From the NCBI GenBank assembly GCA_951406725.2, contig OX597826.1, positions 63,364,001 through 63,428,000 on the forward strand: DNA of 64,000 nucleotides, in the 5' to 3' direction. Source of the stretch: Octopus vulgaris (taxonomy: Eukaryota). The notes beneath the pieces were generated by a model. That model was not told where the DNA came from. It was given only the letters and a program-made list of their open reading frames with translations, and ran no database searches. The position numbers and the translations under genes are program-made. Positions 1 through 13,233 of this stretch are shown here, one piece after another (within the stretch, counting starts at the first letter, position 1; each line of letters opens with the position of its first letter).

Positions 1-172
1 GAAGAACAAGAACAAGAACAAGAACAAGAAGAATGATGGAAAAATAAATAAACTGGAAAGATTTTCTCTAGTTTTGCGTAAAAGTCACTTTTCCAAAATT
101 GTATGTTTATCTTAAACATATGACTGTGTGTACGCACAAACAATATACATGAAAACACATACGCACACGTAC

Positions 173-191
173 ATGTGTGTGTGTGTATATA

Positions 192-222
<31 letters not shown>

Positions 223-441
223 TGTGTGTAATCATAATCGTTAGTCTGACAAAATTTATTTTGTCGGACTATCGATTATGGATTAAATATTTTATTCACT
301 GTCAGACTTACATTTATGTTCTTTACTCTAAGTGGCCGGACATAGCTTCTTTTGAACTTGTCACTCACTTGAATACATACATACATACATACATACATAC
401 AGACAGACAGACAGACATACATACATACGGACGGACGGACG

Positions 442-481
<40 letters not shown>

Positions 482-767
482 CACAGACACACAGACACAC
501 AGACACACAGACAGACAGACAGACAGACAAACATACATACATACATACACACATACAGACAGACAGACACACAGACAGACATACATACATACATACATAC
601 ATTCAGACAGACAGACATGCATACATACATACATACATACATACAGACAGACAGACAGACAGACAGACATACGTACATACATACAGACACACATACATAC
701 ATACATACATACAGACATACATACATATTGTGTGTGTATACATACATTAATTATATTTTGTACATTG

Positions 768-830
<63 letters not shown>
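173..830. repeat. Compound microsatellite (TG, ACAT, ACAG, ACGG)
   Basis: Seen directly. Confidence 0.95.
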
Positions 831-833
<3 letters not shown>

Positions 834-1050
834 TTATATGAAGTTAAATATATGCCCGTTCATAGAGTGACCTATGGTTTCGCATCCACAAAGTGCTTCT
901 GCTCTAACGTTTAGTGTGCTTCTTTTTCGGAGATATGATCCATTGGCGATATATATATATATATATGAGGGTGATATTAATTTAATAAATTCAATTTAAA
1001 CACCAGTGGTCTAGCGCATAAAAAACTGAGATTCAGTAAATATTATTAAT

Positions 1051-1188
1051 ACACAAATATGAGAGAGAATCCACTATGTGGACGCTCTTACGCTAGATAT
1101 AGATCCTTGCGGATCTATATCTAGATCTATATCTTACGAATCTATATCTAGCGTAAGAGCGTCCACATAGTGGATTCTCTCTCATATT

Positions 1189-1193
<5 letters not shown>
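1051..1193. repeat. Perfect 54-bp-arm inverted repeat between (TA)n tracts
   Basis: 1051-1104 versus 1140-1193. Confidence 0.95.
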
Positions 1194-1249
<56 letters not shown>

Positions 1250-1438
1250 ATAAGATCGTTAATTTAATTATCGATCTTATCAAGTGACTAGCATAGGAAT
1301 AAAAACCTTCAAAGGTAATAATTATTATTAAAATTATAATTTAGGGTATCTGAGAGATTCCTTCATGCTGGAAATAGCAGTCAAAACTTGACTCTAGAAC
1401 TACATTAAATGTTCATACAGCACTAGGAGAGATGACAA

Positions 1439-1471
<33 letters not shown>

Positions 1472-1475
1472 CATG

Positions 1476-1509
<34 letters not shown>

Positions 1510-2003
1510 TGTATGTATGTATGTATGTATGGTGAGAGAGAGAGAGAGAGAGAAGCTAGCTTTCTCCTCCGTCGCTATTCAAGTTTCACACTGGGTGCGC
1601 TCTTTCAGACGACATTTTTTATTACCTGAACGATACATCGAACGTAAAACTCTTAGCGTGTATGAAGTTTAACCACAAACCTTATCCACATGGAAATACA
1701 GTACAACATGTATTGAGGACTTTATTTTATCTCGTTAGCCTTAGAGCTAGGGCTAAGTTTAGCGTGAGTACTTGTGTGTGTGTTTGTAGGTTATTTGTAA
1801 ATCAAACATTGTGATTGCCATTTTTGTTTTTTTTGTTGTTGTTTGTTTTTCCTATTAAAGATCAACAGGCATCGATTAATGTGATAATTAAGGATTAGTA
1901 AAATCTAAAATAAACTAACATGATGAGTAACAGTGTTGCAGTGTTGGAATTATGTCAAGAAAGTATACATAAGTAGTAACTATAAAATATTTTTATCATA
2001 TAT

Positions 2004-2420
2004 ATTTCTTTACTACCCACAAGGGGCTAAACATAGAGGGGACAAACAAGGACAGACAAAGGTATTAAGTCGATTATATCGACCCCAGTGGGTAACTGGT
2101 ACTTAATTTATCGACCCCGAAAGGATGAAAGGCAAAGTCGACCTCGGCGGAATTTGAACTCACAACGTAACGACAGACGAAATACCTATTTCTTTATTAC
2201 CCACAAGGGGCTAAACACAGAGGGGACAAACAAGGACAGACAAAGGTATTAAGTCGATTATATCGACCCCAGTGGGTAACTGGTACTTAATTTATCGACC
2301 CCGAAAGGATGAAAGGCAAAGTCGACCTCGGCGGAATTTGAACTCACAACGTAACGACAAACGAAATACCGCTAAGCATTTCGCCCGGCGCGCTAACGTT
2401 TCTGCCAGCTCGCCGCCTTT
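2004..2420 (-). mobile_element. SINE family A (tRNA-like head; GCCTTTCATCCTTTCGGGGTCGATAAA core), dimeric copy
   Basis: 15-bp TSD atttttatcatatat. Other copies at ~2450-3470, 11838-12065, 12666-13052, 13668-14172, 16330-16562, 29655-29855, 35455-35930, 36008-36420, 38881-39289, 44085-44425, 51739-52375, 54993-55128, 55978-56088, 57630-58020, 59304-59535. Confidence 0.9.
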
Positions 2421-3700
2421 ATTTTTATCATATATTCGTAGTAATAATAGTCCTTCTACTATAGTCACAATGCCTGAAACTTAAACGGAACGGATTAGTC
2501 AATTATATCAACTCCAGTGTTGTTCAACTGGTACTTATTTCAATGGCAAGGAAAAAATGAAAGGCAAAGTCGACCTCGGTGGAATTTGAACTCAAAACGT
2601 AAAACCGGAAAAAATGCCGCTAAGCATTTTGTCCGGCTTGCTAACGATTCTGCCACGCCATTGCCATATTTTTAGTAATAATAGTAAGTCTTTCAACAAT
2701 AAGCACAAGACCTAGAATTTTGGGGAGAGCGGGGTGCGCTAGTCGATTACACCGACCAAATGCATGACTGGTACTTATTCTATCGGCTTAGACGGGGTGA
2801 ACAGCAAAGTCGATTTCGGGTGAATTTGAAGTCAGAACTTTAACCAGATGAAATGCCGCTAAAAGTTTTGTTTAGCTAATGATTCTGCCAGCTCGTCGAC
2901 TTCAAGCAGTAACATTAGTAATGGTTTTCAAATTTTGGCACAAGGCCAGCAATTTCAGGAGAGATCTAAATAATTACATTGACACCAACACCGCCACCCC
3001 CACCCCCAGTATTCAACTGAAATTTATTTTATTGACCCCCGAAAGGATGAAAGGCAAAGTCGACCTCGGTGGAATTTGAACTCAAAACGTAAAGACAGGC
3101 GTTGGCACAAGGCCAGCAAATTCGGAGGATGAGGTAAGTCGATTACATTGACTTCCCCAAGTGCTCAACTGGAACTTATTTTATTGACCCCGAAAGAATG
3201 AAAGGCAAAGTCGACCTCGGTGAAATTTGAACTCAGAACGTAAACACACGAAGTAATAATGATAATAATAACTGTCGTTAAAATAGGTTCCAGGCCACAA
3301 ATTCGTAGGAAGATATCAGTCTATTATATTGTCCCCAGTAGTTGGTTGTTACTGTATTTTGTCATACCCCAAAGTTGACTCTGGTGGTGTTTTGAACTCA
3401 GAACGTTGAGGCGTAACAGATATTGCTATGCGTTTTGTCTAACGCTCAAACGATTCTGCCTATCCACCCCTTAACAACCAGAAGGCACCAAAAATAGTCG
3501 TCGTCCAAATAGTCGTTTTAAACTGAATCCTTGCACTCTTTGGTGCAGATTTGAACTTAGACTGTCACAGGACGTAACTAATTACGAAAAAATATATAAA
3601 GAAAAAAAACTAAAAAAAACAATGTTAATGAGATATAATACTTTGGAATATAGTTATAAATCTTGAAGTGAAATATTGAGTCGTTCACTAGGGTCTGATT

Positions 3701-3926
3701 TTATTCAGTAGCAAAGACGAAGATGAGAAATAATATGAAACTAAAGTACATTTGTCCTCCCTTAAAGATGACATTGGGGGAACCATTGTCTTCAGGTCGA
3801 TATTGCTCTGTAATATCTTTACACTTTTCCGGCATCATTGAATAGAAGTAGTCTTGTAAAATTTCAACGAACGTCTTTGGACATCCGATAACTTCAGGCA
3901 AATTGTCAATTACTTTCTTCCACATT
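3701..3926 (-). CDS. Last coding exon (PMWKKVIDNLPEVIGC...DNGS...FSFILFLIFVFATE*), probable GPI-anchor signal
   Basis: Acceptor tcttgtatttacag, phase 2, TAA at 3703-3701. Small-residue NGS site, spacer, then terminal hydrophobic stretch. Total CDS 34+145+134+148+226=687 nt = 228 aa + stop. Confidence 0.9.
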
Positions 3927-4249
3927 CTGTAAATACAAGACATAAACAAATTTACTTTTGTAAAGTCATGACATTATATATTTGCACGTGTTTAAAAAGA
4001 AAAAAAAATATATTCTAACAAACGACTAATGTTAAACAAATAGCAATGGAAGATAAAAATAAAAATCAGTTTTTTTTCGTGCTTACAAGAACTGAAGGTA
4101 AATTGTCTTTTAATACTTACAACTAAGGCATATTAGTACGGTTGTACTTAACCAATATCTAGCATTCCCTGCGGTTCCATAGATGTTGTAAGCGTTTTCT
4201 CCTTGGCTTATCCATGAGTAGAAAGGTAGTTAGTGTAACAAAGGCTAGG

Positions 4250-4761
4250 TACCATAAATCCTCGAGTATAATACGCAGGGGATTTTTAGGGGGGCTGTAC
4301 CTCTGAAAAACCTAAACCTTGTGTATAATACGCACCCCTTCTCTAACTTGAGTCAAGGAGGTCTATATAAAGTCCTTGGTTTGTAAAAATGTATACGGTA
4401 ACGTCCATTATTATTATTGTATATAGAACATAATGCAAACTTGTAGCTTTTTTGTGCATTTTGTTTGCAGAAAATAAAGAAATAACAGTAATAACGTTTA
4501 ATAAATGTTGCTTACTGCAAGTTATGGATGATCCTTTTGTGACTTCATTGCTTTCAGGCTTAGCTTAAGATATTTTCGCGCCCGACATCACAAAATGCGT
4601 CTGAATAAACATTTCCGAACAGCAAATAGAGACTCGGACTTGCTTAGAAAATATTTTTCATTTTTAACCTCGTATATAGTACGCACTAGGGATTTTGACC
4701 TTTAAATTTTTTTTTTTGGGGGGGGGGGGCGGATGCAGATTATACTCGAGGATTTACGGTA
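4250..4761. mobile_element. pogo/Tc1-type MITE, copy 1
   Basis: TIRs CC(A/G)TAAATCCTCGAGTATAAT with TA flanks. Near-identical to 7010-7467. Confidence 0.85.
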
Positions 4762-4849
4762 CTTACTTCAGGAAACACCCTAGGGACAGCAGAGGCGATG
4801 ACAGCGGCGGTGGTAGAGGTTGTGAACCCCGTCAAATATGACTGAACAA

Positions 4850-5070
4850 TACGAGGGATAGCTAAAATTTTCTTGGCTTTAAGGGTACCACGAAAGGCCT
4901 GGTTGGCGGCCCAACCTTCCGAGTTCTTTTACAGGGCTTAGAAAAACTGAAGGACCACTGCAATAAATGTGTGAATCTGAGAGGGGAATATGTTGAATAA
5001 AATCATAATTAACTGATCCTCCTACATTTTCTTTTACCCAAAGCCAGAAACTTTTCAGCACTCCCTCGTA
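4850..5070 (+). mobile_element. Mariner-derived MITE (partial second copy at 53365-53545)
   Basis: Imperfect ~30-bp TIRs TACGAGGGA..GCT.AAA.TTT..GGCTTT with TA ends. Interior encodes LQGLEKLKDHCNKCVNLRGEYVE*. Confidence 0.8.
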
Positions 5071-5593
5071 CAGTGTTATAATACGATGAAGATTTGACTG
5101 TTATTTCTAGCAAGGCGAACGACCACATAGAATCTAGCTTGTTTGCTCATATAGTTGCTGTTGTTTATCCCCAAATGGGAGCCTTCAGCTCTGGTCCGAG
5201 AGACCCTTGATAGAAGGCATTTCAGCCGTGACCATCCAGTCTTTTGAAATTAAGGGAATGTCGGGCTACGTTATTTAATGTCCTTTACCTTATCTATGAC
5301 GGTTGGGTGTAATTTGGAAATTTGGCGAGTAACCCCCGCCCTGTCGAAATGGCCACGTAGAGGACTCCCCCATTGAGTTATTTGACAGTGCTAGTGGTGA
5401 AGGAGATAGTGGCCATCGTCGTCGTCGTGGACGGCGGCGACGGCTTCATCGTCACAGCGGTGGTGTTGATGATGTTGATGGTTGTGGTGGTAGTGGTGAT
5501 TGTGGTGGAAATTTGTGGAAGTGTTGAAAGTAGGATAATGATACTTTTCCTCCTTTTTTTTTCACATTTTTTCATTTTTTTTTTTTTACGTAC

Positions 5594-5741
5594 GGGCAAT
5601 ATTTCTTGAAGTATTCGTCAAATGTGATGTCGGAGTAGGATAATTTCTGTCTTAAATCGCTGCGTTCTTCAATCACTGCTGCAAAAGACTTTTCCATGGC
5701 GCTGGAATATTTTTCTAGACAAGGAAGATCACGGGTGAATT
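5594..5741 (-). CDS. Coding exon 4 (EFTRDLPCLEKY...EYFKKYC)
   Basis: Acceptor ccttttctgtttcag, donor CC|GTACGT. 148 nt, phase 1 to 2, open frame. Confidence 0.9.
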
Positions 5742-6134
5742 CTGAAACAGAAAAGGAAAGACCAGATCGGTTTGTAGATAGATGTCGGTGAGGAGATACG
5801 ATGCGATATTCAAAGGCTGTTCGAATCGATGTTTAACCTCTTCTGCTTTGTTTTCCTATAAAGTAAAAGCAGTCTACATCACTGCTGACGTGGAAATTTC
5901 TGACATGAGTGAACAATTTTCGTATTCCAATGCCAATAGCCCGGACTGCATCTAGCAGCCAATGGAGTAGCACAAATGTTGATGTGAGCAGTGGTACGGC
6001 AAGAACATTGCGAGCGAATGATTTAATGCATGCAGAAAGTTCTGAAGACTATATTTACTTCTCATATGATCGCATGTATGTAGATACGCAAGTATATACG
6101 TGCATATTGTATGCATGTAAGTCATGTAAGTATG

Positions 6135-6979
6135 TACAGTAATGCCTCTCTATACGAGTTAATTCGTTCCCGGAAACTGCTCGTAAAGCGAAAACTGGTA
6201 AATTTCCCATAGTATCAATGTTATATATAGTAATTTGTTCCAAGAAAAATATTTTACTAATAAAATTTATAAATATCGTAAATAAATGGCATTAAAACAG
6301 TAGTAGAATGTAAAAAATATTTTATGTAAAGTAAAAAGAATGTCAAGATCATTTATAATTAAAAATATCATAATCGTTTTCTGAATCACTTTAACTCGCA
6401 CTAGATTCGCGCACACCATCACTTGTAGACGCAATTGCCGATTCACAAGCACTCGTAGACGGACTTGTAAATTTCTTTTTTAAAAAAAAACAAGTCTAGA
6501 TATGCTTGTTGAGAAAAAACTATTTTCCGCTCTCTACAAATTTCTTGGTAACACGCAGAAACATTTGTTATAGTAATAGAAACTTTTGCATTTCGTTCAA
6601 AATTTCGTTTCCAAAGTGATGGCTTTTCGTTTCCTTTTGTTCCTGACGGTGTCCGTTGTACACTTTCGTTTAGACATATTGGATGGGTTTTAAAATGTCG
6701 AAAACACTAGTGTAAATACACGCATTCAATATAAAATATGTGTCACGAAGAATTATCATATAATAATCTCTCTCAACGAAGCGCACGCGCAAACTATGAC
6801 ATCGAAATTTTATGCCGTCATTTTTACTCCGTCGCTATATGCAGCTGTGTAGATGCGTCAGAATCAGTGTTGCCGCACACACAAAATGGCTGTTCAACCT
6901 TTTTATACTTATTATAAAACAAAACTCGTAAACCCGGAGTCTGGTAAATTGGGTCTTCGTAAAGTGAAGTATTACTGTA
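6135..6979 (-). mobile_element. Tigger/pogo-like non-autonomous element
   Basis: TA-CAGTAATGCCTC ... GAAGTATTACTG-TA ends. Residual KRKRKAITLETK transposase start on the minus strand near 6600-6640. Confidence 0.7.
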
Positions 6980-7009
6980 CATACTTTCAAGATTATCATT
7001 TAAAACATG

Positions 7010-7467
7010 TACCGTAAGTCCTCGAGTATAGTCCGCCCTTGAGTATAATACGCAGGGGATTTTTAGGGGGCTGCACCTCTGAAAAACCTAAACCTTGCGT
7101 ATAATATGCATCCCTTCTCTAACTTGAGTCAAGGAGATCTATATAAAGTCCTTGGTTTGTAAAAATGTATACGGTAACGCCCTTTATTATTATTGTATAT
7201 ATAACATAATGCAAACGTATAGCTTTTTTGTGCATTCTGTTTGCAGAAAATAAAGAAATAACAGTAATAACGTTTAATAAATGTTGCTTACTGCAAGTTA
7301 TGGATGATTCTTTTATGACTTCATTGCTTTCAGGCTTAGCTTAAGGTATTTTCACTCCCGACATCATAAAATGCGTCTGAATAAACATTGCCGAACAGCA
7401 AATAGAGACTCGGACATTGCTTATATTTTGGGGAAAAAATGCGGATTATACTCGAGGATTTACGGTA
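7010..7467. mobile_element. pogo/Tc1-type MITE, copy 2
   Basis: TACCGTAAGTCCTCGAGTATA ... TATACTCGAGGATTTACGGTA. Confidence 0.85.
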
Positions 7468-7716
7468 TTCACATTGCCAAGTATATCAATAACTATCACT
7501 ATAAACATGAATGTACAGTCAAGGTAGCTATTTCGAGGTGGATTTGAAAGAAATGATTTACATCTGTTAGTTAGTGAACATCTATGACCATATTTGAATT
7601 TTCTTTTCCCTCCCAAACAACTATATCAAGATTCTTTTTGATAAATGCTGCGATGGGAATGTTTCACCAATAACGCCTCTGTTGATATGTTCATGTGTAT
7701 ATTTATCCCGGGGTGA

Positions 7717-8036
7717 AGGCACGTGGCTTAGTGGTTAGGGCATTCGACTCATGATCGTAAGGTCGTGAGTTCAATTCCCGGCGGCACGTTGTGTCCTTGA
7801 GCAAGACACTTTATTTCACGTTGCTCCAGTCCACTCAGCTGGCAAAAATGAGTAGTACCTGTATTTCAAAGGGCCAGCCTTGTCACACACTGTGTCACGC
7901 AGAATCTCCCCGAGAACTACGTTAAGAGTACACGTGTTTATGGAGTGCTTAGCCACTTACTCGTTAATTTCGCGAGCAAGCTGTTCCGTTGATCGTATCA
8001 GCTGGGACCCTCGTCGTCGCAACCGATGGAGTGCTC
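7717..8036 (+). mobile_element. SINE family C (tRNA head, GTGTCCTTGAGCAAGACACT...GTCCACTCAGCTG core)
   Basis: TGGCTTAGTGG and GAGTTCAATTCC boxes. Copies at ~9474-9716, 21111-21430, 36489-36735, 45875-46257 (-) and 49961-50294 (-, TSD cttatggat). Confidence 0.9.
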
Positions 8037-8418
8037 CTATATTTATCCCGGAGTAGTCTTTTCAACGGATGGCATTGGATATTGTTTTAGCAACAGCATC
8101 ACGCCTCAGTTGCAGGTTGTGTCTTAATGATACTTTGGGGTAGCTACTGATCACATGCGAAAAACCCTTCTACAGAAATAGGATTTAATGAGATTTAACC
8201 GGCAGTTTTAGGGGCATCATAGGGGTTTAAGGACTTCATTGCTTCTGTTGTCCTTATTGTTCATTTAACCACAAATTTGAAAGAAAAAATCACCTTCATC
8301 TGATATGTAGAGTGTTTCTCTATCAAGTTTTTTTGCTGAGATTTGCTATTCCAGAAATGCTAAGATCGCATGGGTAGTTATCGCGAAGTGAGGACCCCTC
8401 TACACCTTATAGTACTTT

Positions 8419-8590
8419 GAGGGGGAGGAGGAGGAGGAGGAAGAGGAGGGAGAGGAGGAGGAGGGAGAGGAGGAGGAGGGAGAGGAGGAGGAGGAAGAGG
8501 AGGAGGACGACGACGACGACAATGATGATGATGATGAGAAAAAGGAGAAACAAGAACAAAGAGGAGAAGAAGAACAACAACAACGTCAAC
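8419..8590. repeat. Trinucleotide compound repeat (GGA, GAC, GAT, AAC) in intron 3
   Basis: Seen directly. Confidence 0.9.
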
Positions 8591-8635
8591 AAAAACACAA
8601 ATACAAAGAAGAGAAGTAAATATATGTGTATTTAC

Positions 8636-8769
8636 CGTCCTTCCGTTGGCACAATTTATCATAAGCCTGACGCATTGAATTAATGTCGATTCCTGTGAGA
8701 AGCATCTCTCGTGTATACGTTGAACACTCTGTTACTTTACTCATACACTGAAACAGTGTTTCTTTCTCC
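8636..8769 (-). CDS. Coding exon 3 (REKETLFQCMSKVTEC...AYDKLCQRKD)
   Basis: Acceptor ttttcgtttgtag, donor G|GTAAAT. 134 nt, phase 2 to 1, open frame with 3 Cys. Confidence 0.9.
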
Positions 8770-11079
8770 CTACAAACGAAAATATATCCTCGTTTAGATC
8801 TGATATGGCAGATTCATTTCAAGCCATAATTACATTCGATCTTCGAGAAATAATTGTTAAATCTCCTCACCCTGAAAATCACTTGCGACAGATTTAAAAA
8901 CAGAAAGAAAAACACATTGCTTCTCTGTATTTCTCAAGCAATGTTAGAGGACGTAAATAAGTCATGGGTGTTTCTTCTTCCGCTTTTGACTAAACTACAA
9001 AAATCGTAGTTACTTTCTCTTCCACCCTTTTTTTTTTTTAAATCTTTTAGTTAGGAAGAAATTTAGTATTCATTGTCCCTCACGAGGCCTCATAGTAAGA
9101 AGGAGGGAGGAGGATATTCTCAAACCAGAAACCCGGCTCCATTCCTTGCAACCAAGTGGATTCTGCTAAAGGTACCCAAGATCTCGAGTGGTGGTGTTAA
9201 ACAAGACAAAGATTTTAGTCTACCACCCATGTACGCCACGGCAGGATTTGAAATCAGAACGTAAAAAGCTGGAACAAATACTACAAGGAATCTGGTCCAC
9301 CAATCTAGCCTGCATAAGTATTTTTTTTATCGACCCTGAAAAGATAAGAGGCAAAGCTGACCTCGGCGGAATTTGAACTCAGAATGCATAAGGTCGTAAC
9401 AAATCCCACAAGAAGTCCAGTTTTGTGAAAGACAATGTATATGTACAGTCCGTCTAGTGGGTTTCTATGGTGGTGATCCCTGCTGTACTCTTTCACCACA
9501 ACTTTCTGTCACTCTTACTTCCTGTTTCCGTTGTACCTGTATTTCAAAGGGCCGGCCTTGTCACTCTCTGTGTCACGCTAAATATCCCCGAGAACTACGT
9601 TAAGGGTACACGTGTCTGTGGAGTGCTCAGCCACTTACACGTTAATTTCACGAGCAGGCTGTTCCGTTGATCGGATCAACCGGAACCCTCGTCGTCGTAA
9701 CCGACGGAGTGCTTCCACTTCCACATATGTACAGTCCGCCCAGTGGGTTTCTATGTCGTTTCTGTCTGCTTTCATGCAGAAGACTTTCGTCGGCCCGAGG
9801 TTATATAATTCCACTACGGCAATCCACCCCGAATTAGTTCACTTTTATTGACTCTGAAAAGATGAATAGCAAAGTTAACCTCGGCTGGATTTTAACTGAG
9901 TTCCATAAAGTATTATACACAACACTCAAACGAGTTGGTCAATTCTAACTAAACTTCTAACCAAATCACAAAGAATTACTAGTGACCTTCCTCCTACATT
10001 AGCAAATGCGGTGAGATTAATTCGGTTGATACATACACTCTAGAGAAGCTCGGTGTAATGATTCCTTATTATTTCGTTATTTCTTACTTTTTTTCTTTTT
10101 AGGTTTCAAGATACTATACAAGAAAGTTTTATGTTTGGAGTCAAAAATCCACTAGTAGCAATCTTGGGTTAGAAATGAAATTCAAGAGTCATTATAGTAA
10201 AACATGTCGAGTGACAAACGTTCACATTTCAATTACAAGATGCTGGGTTCGATCTCACTGCGTAGAGCTTCAGGCAACCATCTTTGACTACAGCCTCGTG
10301 CCGATTAAATCAGACAGAAAGGGCATAGAAACCTGATGGATGAACTGTACGTAGACATTTCTTTTTTTTTTTTTTACGTGTAGTAGATTTAATTCTTCTC
10401 CTAGATTAACATCACTTGCTCTTGTGTAACTTTAATGGAGTCTATTTTGCAAGTAATCTGGCCGGACTTCCGGTCTGTCGATAGCTCGATACCACCAGCC
10501 TCATCTCGTTCTGCTTCATTCAGACGTGCTTCTAAGTTCAGGGAGATTACTTCTCTGTTCTATGACTAATCTATAACAATATATCATAAGTTTTATAAGC
10601 AGGTTCTTTCCCATATTTCAGCCATGTTTTATTTAATTCTTCCACCCTCCTCAATGATCCTCTTCGGTATCACTTCTCACACTCGACCTCATCAGTAATT
10701 TCTTTCAGTTTCGCTTATCTTTCCCAACCACCTCCTACAACCTCTACCTCCTCATTGATTGCTGCCATCCTTTCTACAGAATAAGATCTACTGGAGACTT
10801 ATTCTCCAACCTTATACACCACGAGTTTCTTGCCAATAACAACTTTGAAAATTATGCCCTTAGCATCATCAAAGCCTTAGTCCTAATCTCGCATAAGAAC
10901 CCAACAGGTAATCTAGCCAAAAATCAGTTTCATCTGTCGCTTATCTTTCAGGTTGTATATTTTTGTCTCGGGTCTTCATCATTTCCTTGTATTCTCTCTC
11001 GTGTTCTGTCAGCTCTAATATACTTCAAGGGTCTGTTACGTTTCCCTTTTGTTGTGTTGCTTCAAACTACATACTCCTA

Positions 11080-11250
11080 GGCGCAGGAGTGGCTGTGTGG
11101 TAAGTAGTTTGCTAACCAACCACATGGTTGCGGGTTCAGTCCCACTGCGTGGCATCTTGGGCAAGTGTCTTCTGCTATAGCCCCGGGCCGACCAATGCCT
11201 TGCGAGTGGATTTGGTAGACGGAAACTGAAAGAAGCCTGTCGTATATATG

Positions 11251-11289
<39 letters not shown>

Positions 11290-11490
11290 CTGTGTTTGTC
11301 CCCCTAGCATTGCTTGACAACCGATGCTGGTATGCTTACGTCCCCGTCACTTAGCGGTTCGGCAAAAGAGACCGATAGAATAAGTACTGGGCTTACAAAG
11401 AATAAGTCCCGGGGTCGATTTGATCGACTAAAGGCGGTGCTCCAGCATGGCCGCAGTCAAATGACTGAAACAAGTAAAAGAGTAAAGAGA
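11080..11490 (+). mobile_element. SINE family B (GGCGCAGGAGTGGCTGTGTGGTAAG head, internal TA/TG microsatellite)
   Basis: A-box and B-box-like motifs, A-rich tail. Copies at ~13355-13665, 18620-19000, 20795-21035, 25545-26238, 30367-30850, 42637-43095, 44735-45130, 52745-53110, 53600-53995, 56865-57250, 58040-58445, 58640-58900. Confidence 0.9.
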
Positions 11491-12492
11491 GTACTCCTAC
11501 TTAGATGATACCATACTTCATTTCTCCTTACCCTTTCGCAAACATACGCCATCCATGTGCAAATGACGCCCGATTTAAACGGTATCTGTACACAGACAAC
11601 TTGAAAACGTCTTCTAGTTCGAAATTTATATATTCCCTTTCAAATACACAAACGTGCAACCGCTGTACATATCAAGGAATCAGTATTGTGACTACACATC
11701 CTCTTATAACCCACAACTAAAATCTTCCGACCTAGTAGAAATGCTATACCTCATAATTTCTTATGATCTTTTCATAGTATTCTCTCTAAGCTGCAACTCA
11801 AAGGCTAGTTTACAACATTGGGGTCAGAAAATTCCATTGGCGAGCTGGCAGAAGCTTTAGCACGCCGGGCGAAATGCGCAGCCGTATTTCGTCTGCCGCT
11901 AAGTTGTGAGTTCAAATTCCGCCGAGGTCGACTTTGCCTTTCATCCTTTCGGGGTCGATAAATTAAGTACCAGTTACTCACTGGGGTAGATGTAATCGAC
12001 TTTATCCCTTTGTCTGTCCTTGTTTGTCTCCTCTATGTTTAGCCCCTTGTGGGCAATAAAGAAATATCTTTTGAACAATTTCTGACCCTTTTACGAAGTT
12101 CAAGCAAGACCCACTTTTCGTACATTTCTGGGAGGTACTTCTGCTGTTACTAATACAACTACACATGCAAACATTCTAGACTGCTTACAACAATGGAATT
12201 TCTAGTCATTTGGAAATTATCACTAACTACAACCAAAACGCTATTTGCCTCTCTGTCTCTTCTACTGCTATCAGAATGTTCTCTGCTGCTCCACTAAGCA
12301 ACAAATGTGTACGTCGATTCTACCCAACCATTATCAATGCATTTAATTTACTTCCTCACTAATGAACATTCCTTAACCTCAAAATCTCTGATGATCATTT
12401 CATAGCAGCCACTCATATATAACATCGATTAAATTGCAACCCAAAGTCTACAGTGTTTTCTCTCAAGAACTATGGCTAGCTTTTCTCTAGTG

Positions 12493-13233
12493 CAGAGGTT
12501 CTCAACTATTTTTTTTATCGATGGACCCCTTTGATTACTATTTGATTCTGGTGGACCCCTATAGCCATCCAATGTCTAAAAACTAGTTATAAAAAAACTT
12601 CATTCAAAATTCTTATTTTGTTTTTCACACATTGTCTTGTATACGATGAATTATGTAAAATGTAAAGGCGGCGAGCTGGCAGAAACGTTAGCATGCCGGG
12701 CGAAATGCTTAGCGGTATTTCGCCTGCCGCTACGTTCTGAGTTCAAATTCCGCCGAGGTCGACTTTGCCTTTCATCCTTTCGGGGTCGATTAAATAAGTA
12801 CCAGTTACGCACTGGGGTCGATATAATCGACTTAATCCGATTGTCCTCTCTGTGTTTAGCCCCTTGTGGGTAGAAAAGAAATAGGTATTTCGTCTGTCTT
12901 TACGTTCTGAGATCAAATTCCGCCGAGGTCGACTTTGCTTTTCATCCTTTCGGGGGTCGATAAATTAAGTACCAATTGCGCACTGGGGTCGATCTAATTG
13001 ACTGGTCCCCCTTCCCAAAAATGTCGGGCCTTATGCCTAGAGGAGAAAAGTAGAAAAGTGTTATGTAAAATGTCAGAGACAGAAACCAAGCTGTTTCTTG
13101 CAATACATACCAATGCATACATCTAAAGCAAAACTTTTTCAGGAGCCTTAAAATATTATTGTGAATTCCCAATCTTCTACTTTGTTTCGTGAACCCCGAA
13201 AAATCTTATATGGACCCTGGTCGAGAATAACTG
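12493..13233. mobile_element. hAT (Charlie/Buster-type) MITE with nested SINE; partial second copy at 20303-20620
   Basis: CAGAGGTTCTCAAC ... GTCGAGAATAACTG ends. 8-bp TSD ctctagtg/ctcttgtg. Confidence 0.8.

Noticed and set aside
177-914. Long ORFs made of YI, CV, HT, MYVC or YLSI repeats (also 15.3-15.7, 25-28, 33-35 and 39.6 kb)
   Set aside because: Translations of di- and tetranucleotide microsatellites that happen to lack stops.
5373-5609. Val-rich / Thr-rich ORFs resembling a membrane or mucin protein
   Set aside because: Low-complexity GTG/GTC tract just inside intron 4.
7717-7790. tRNA genes
   Set aside because: These are tRNA-like heads of SINEs or PLE repeats, without a complete acceptor stem and continuing into SINE bodies.
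8378-8683. Poly-Pro, poly-Arg and poly-Leu ORFs
   Set aside because: GGA/GAC/GAT repeat in intron 3. The real exon (8636-8769) uses another frame.
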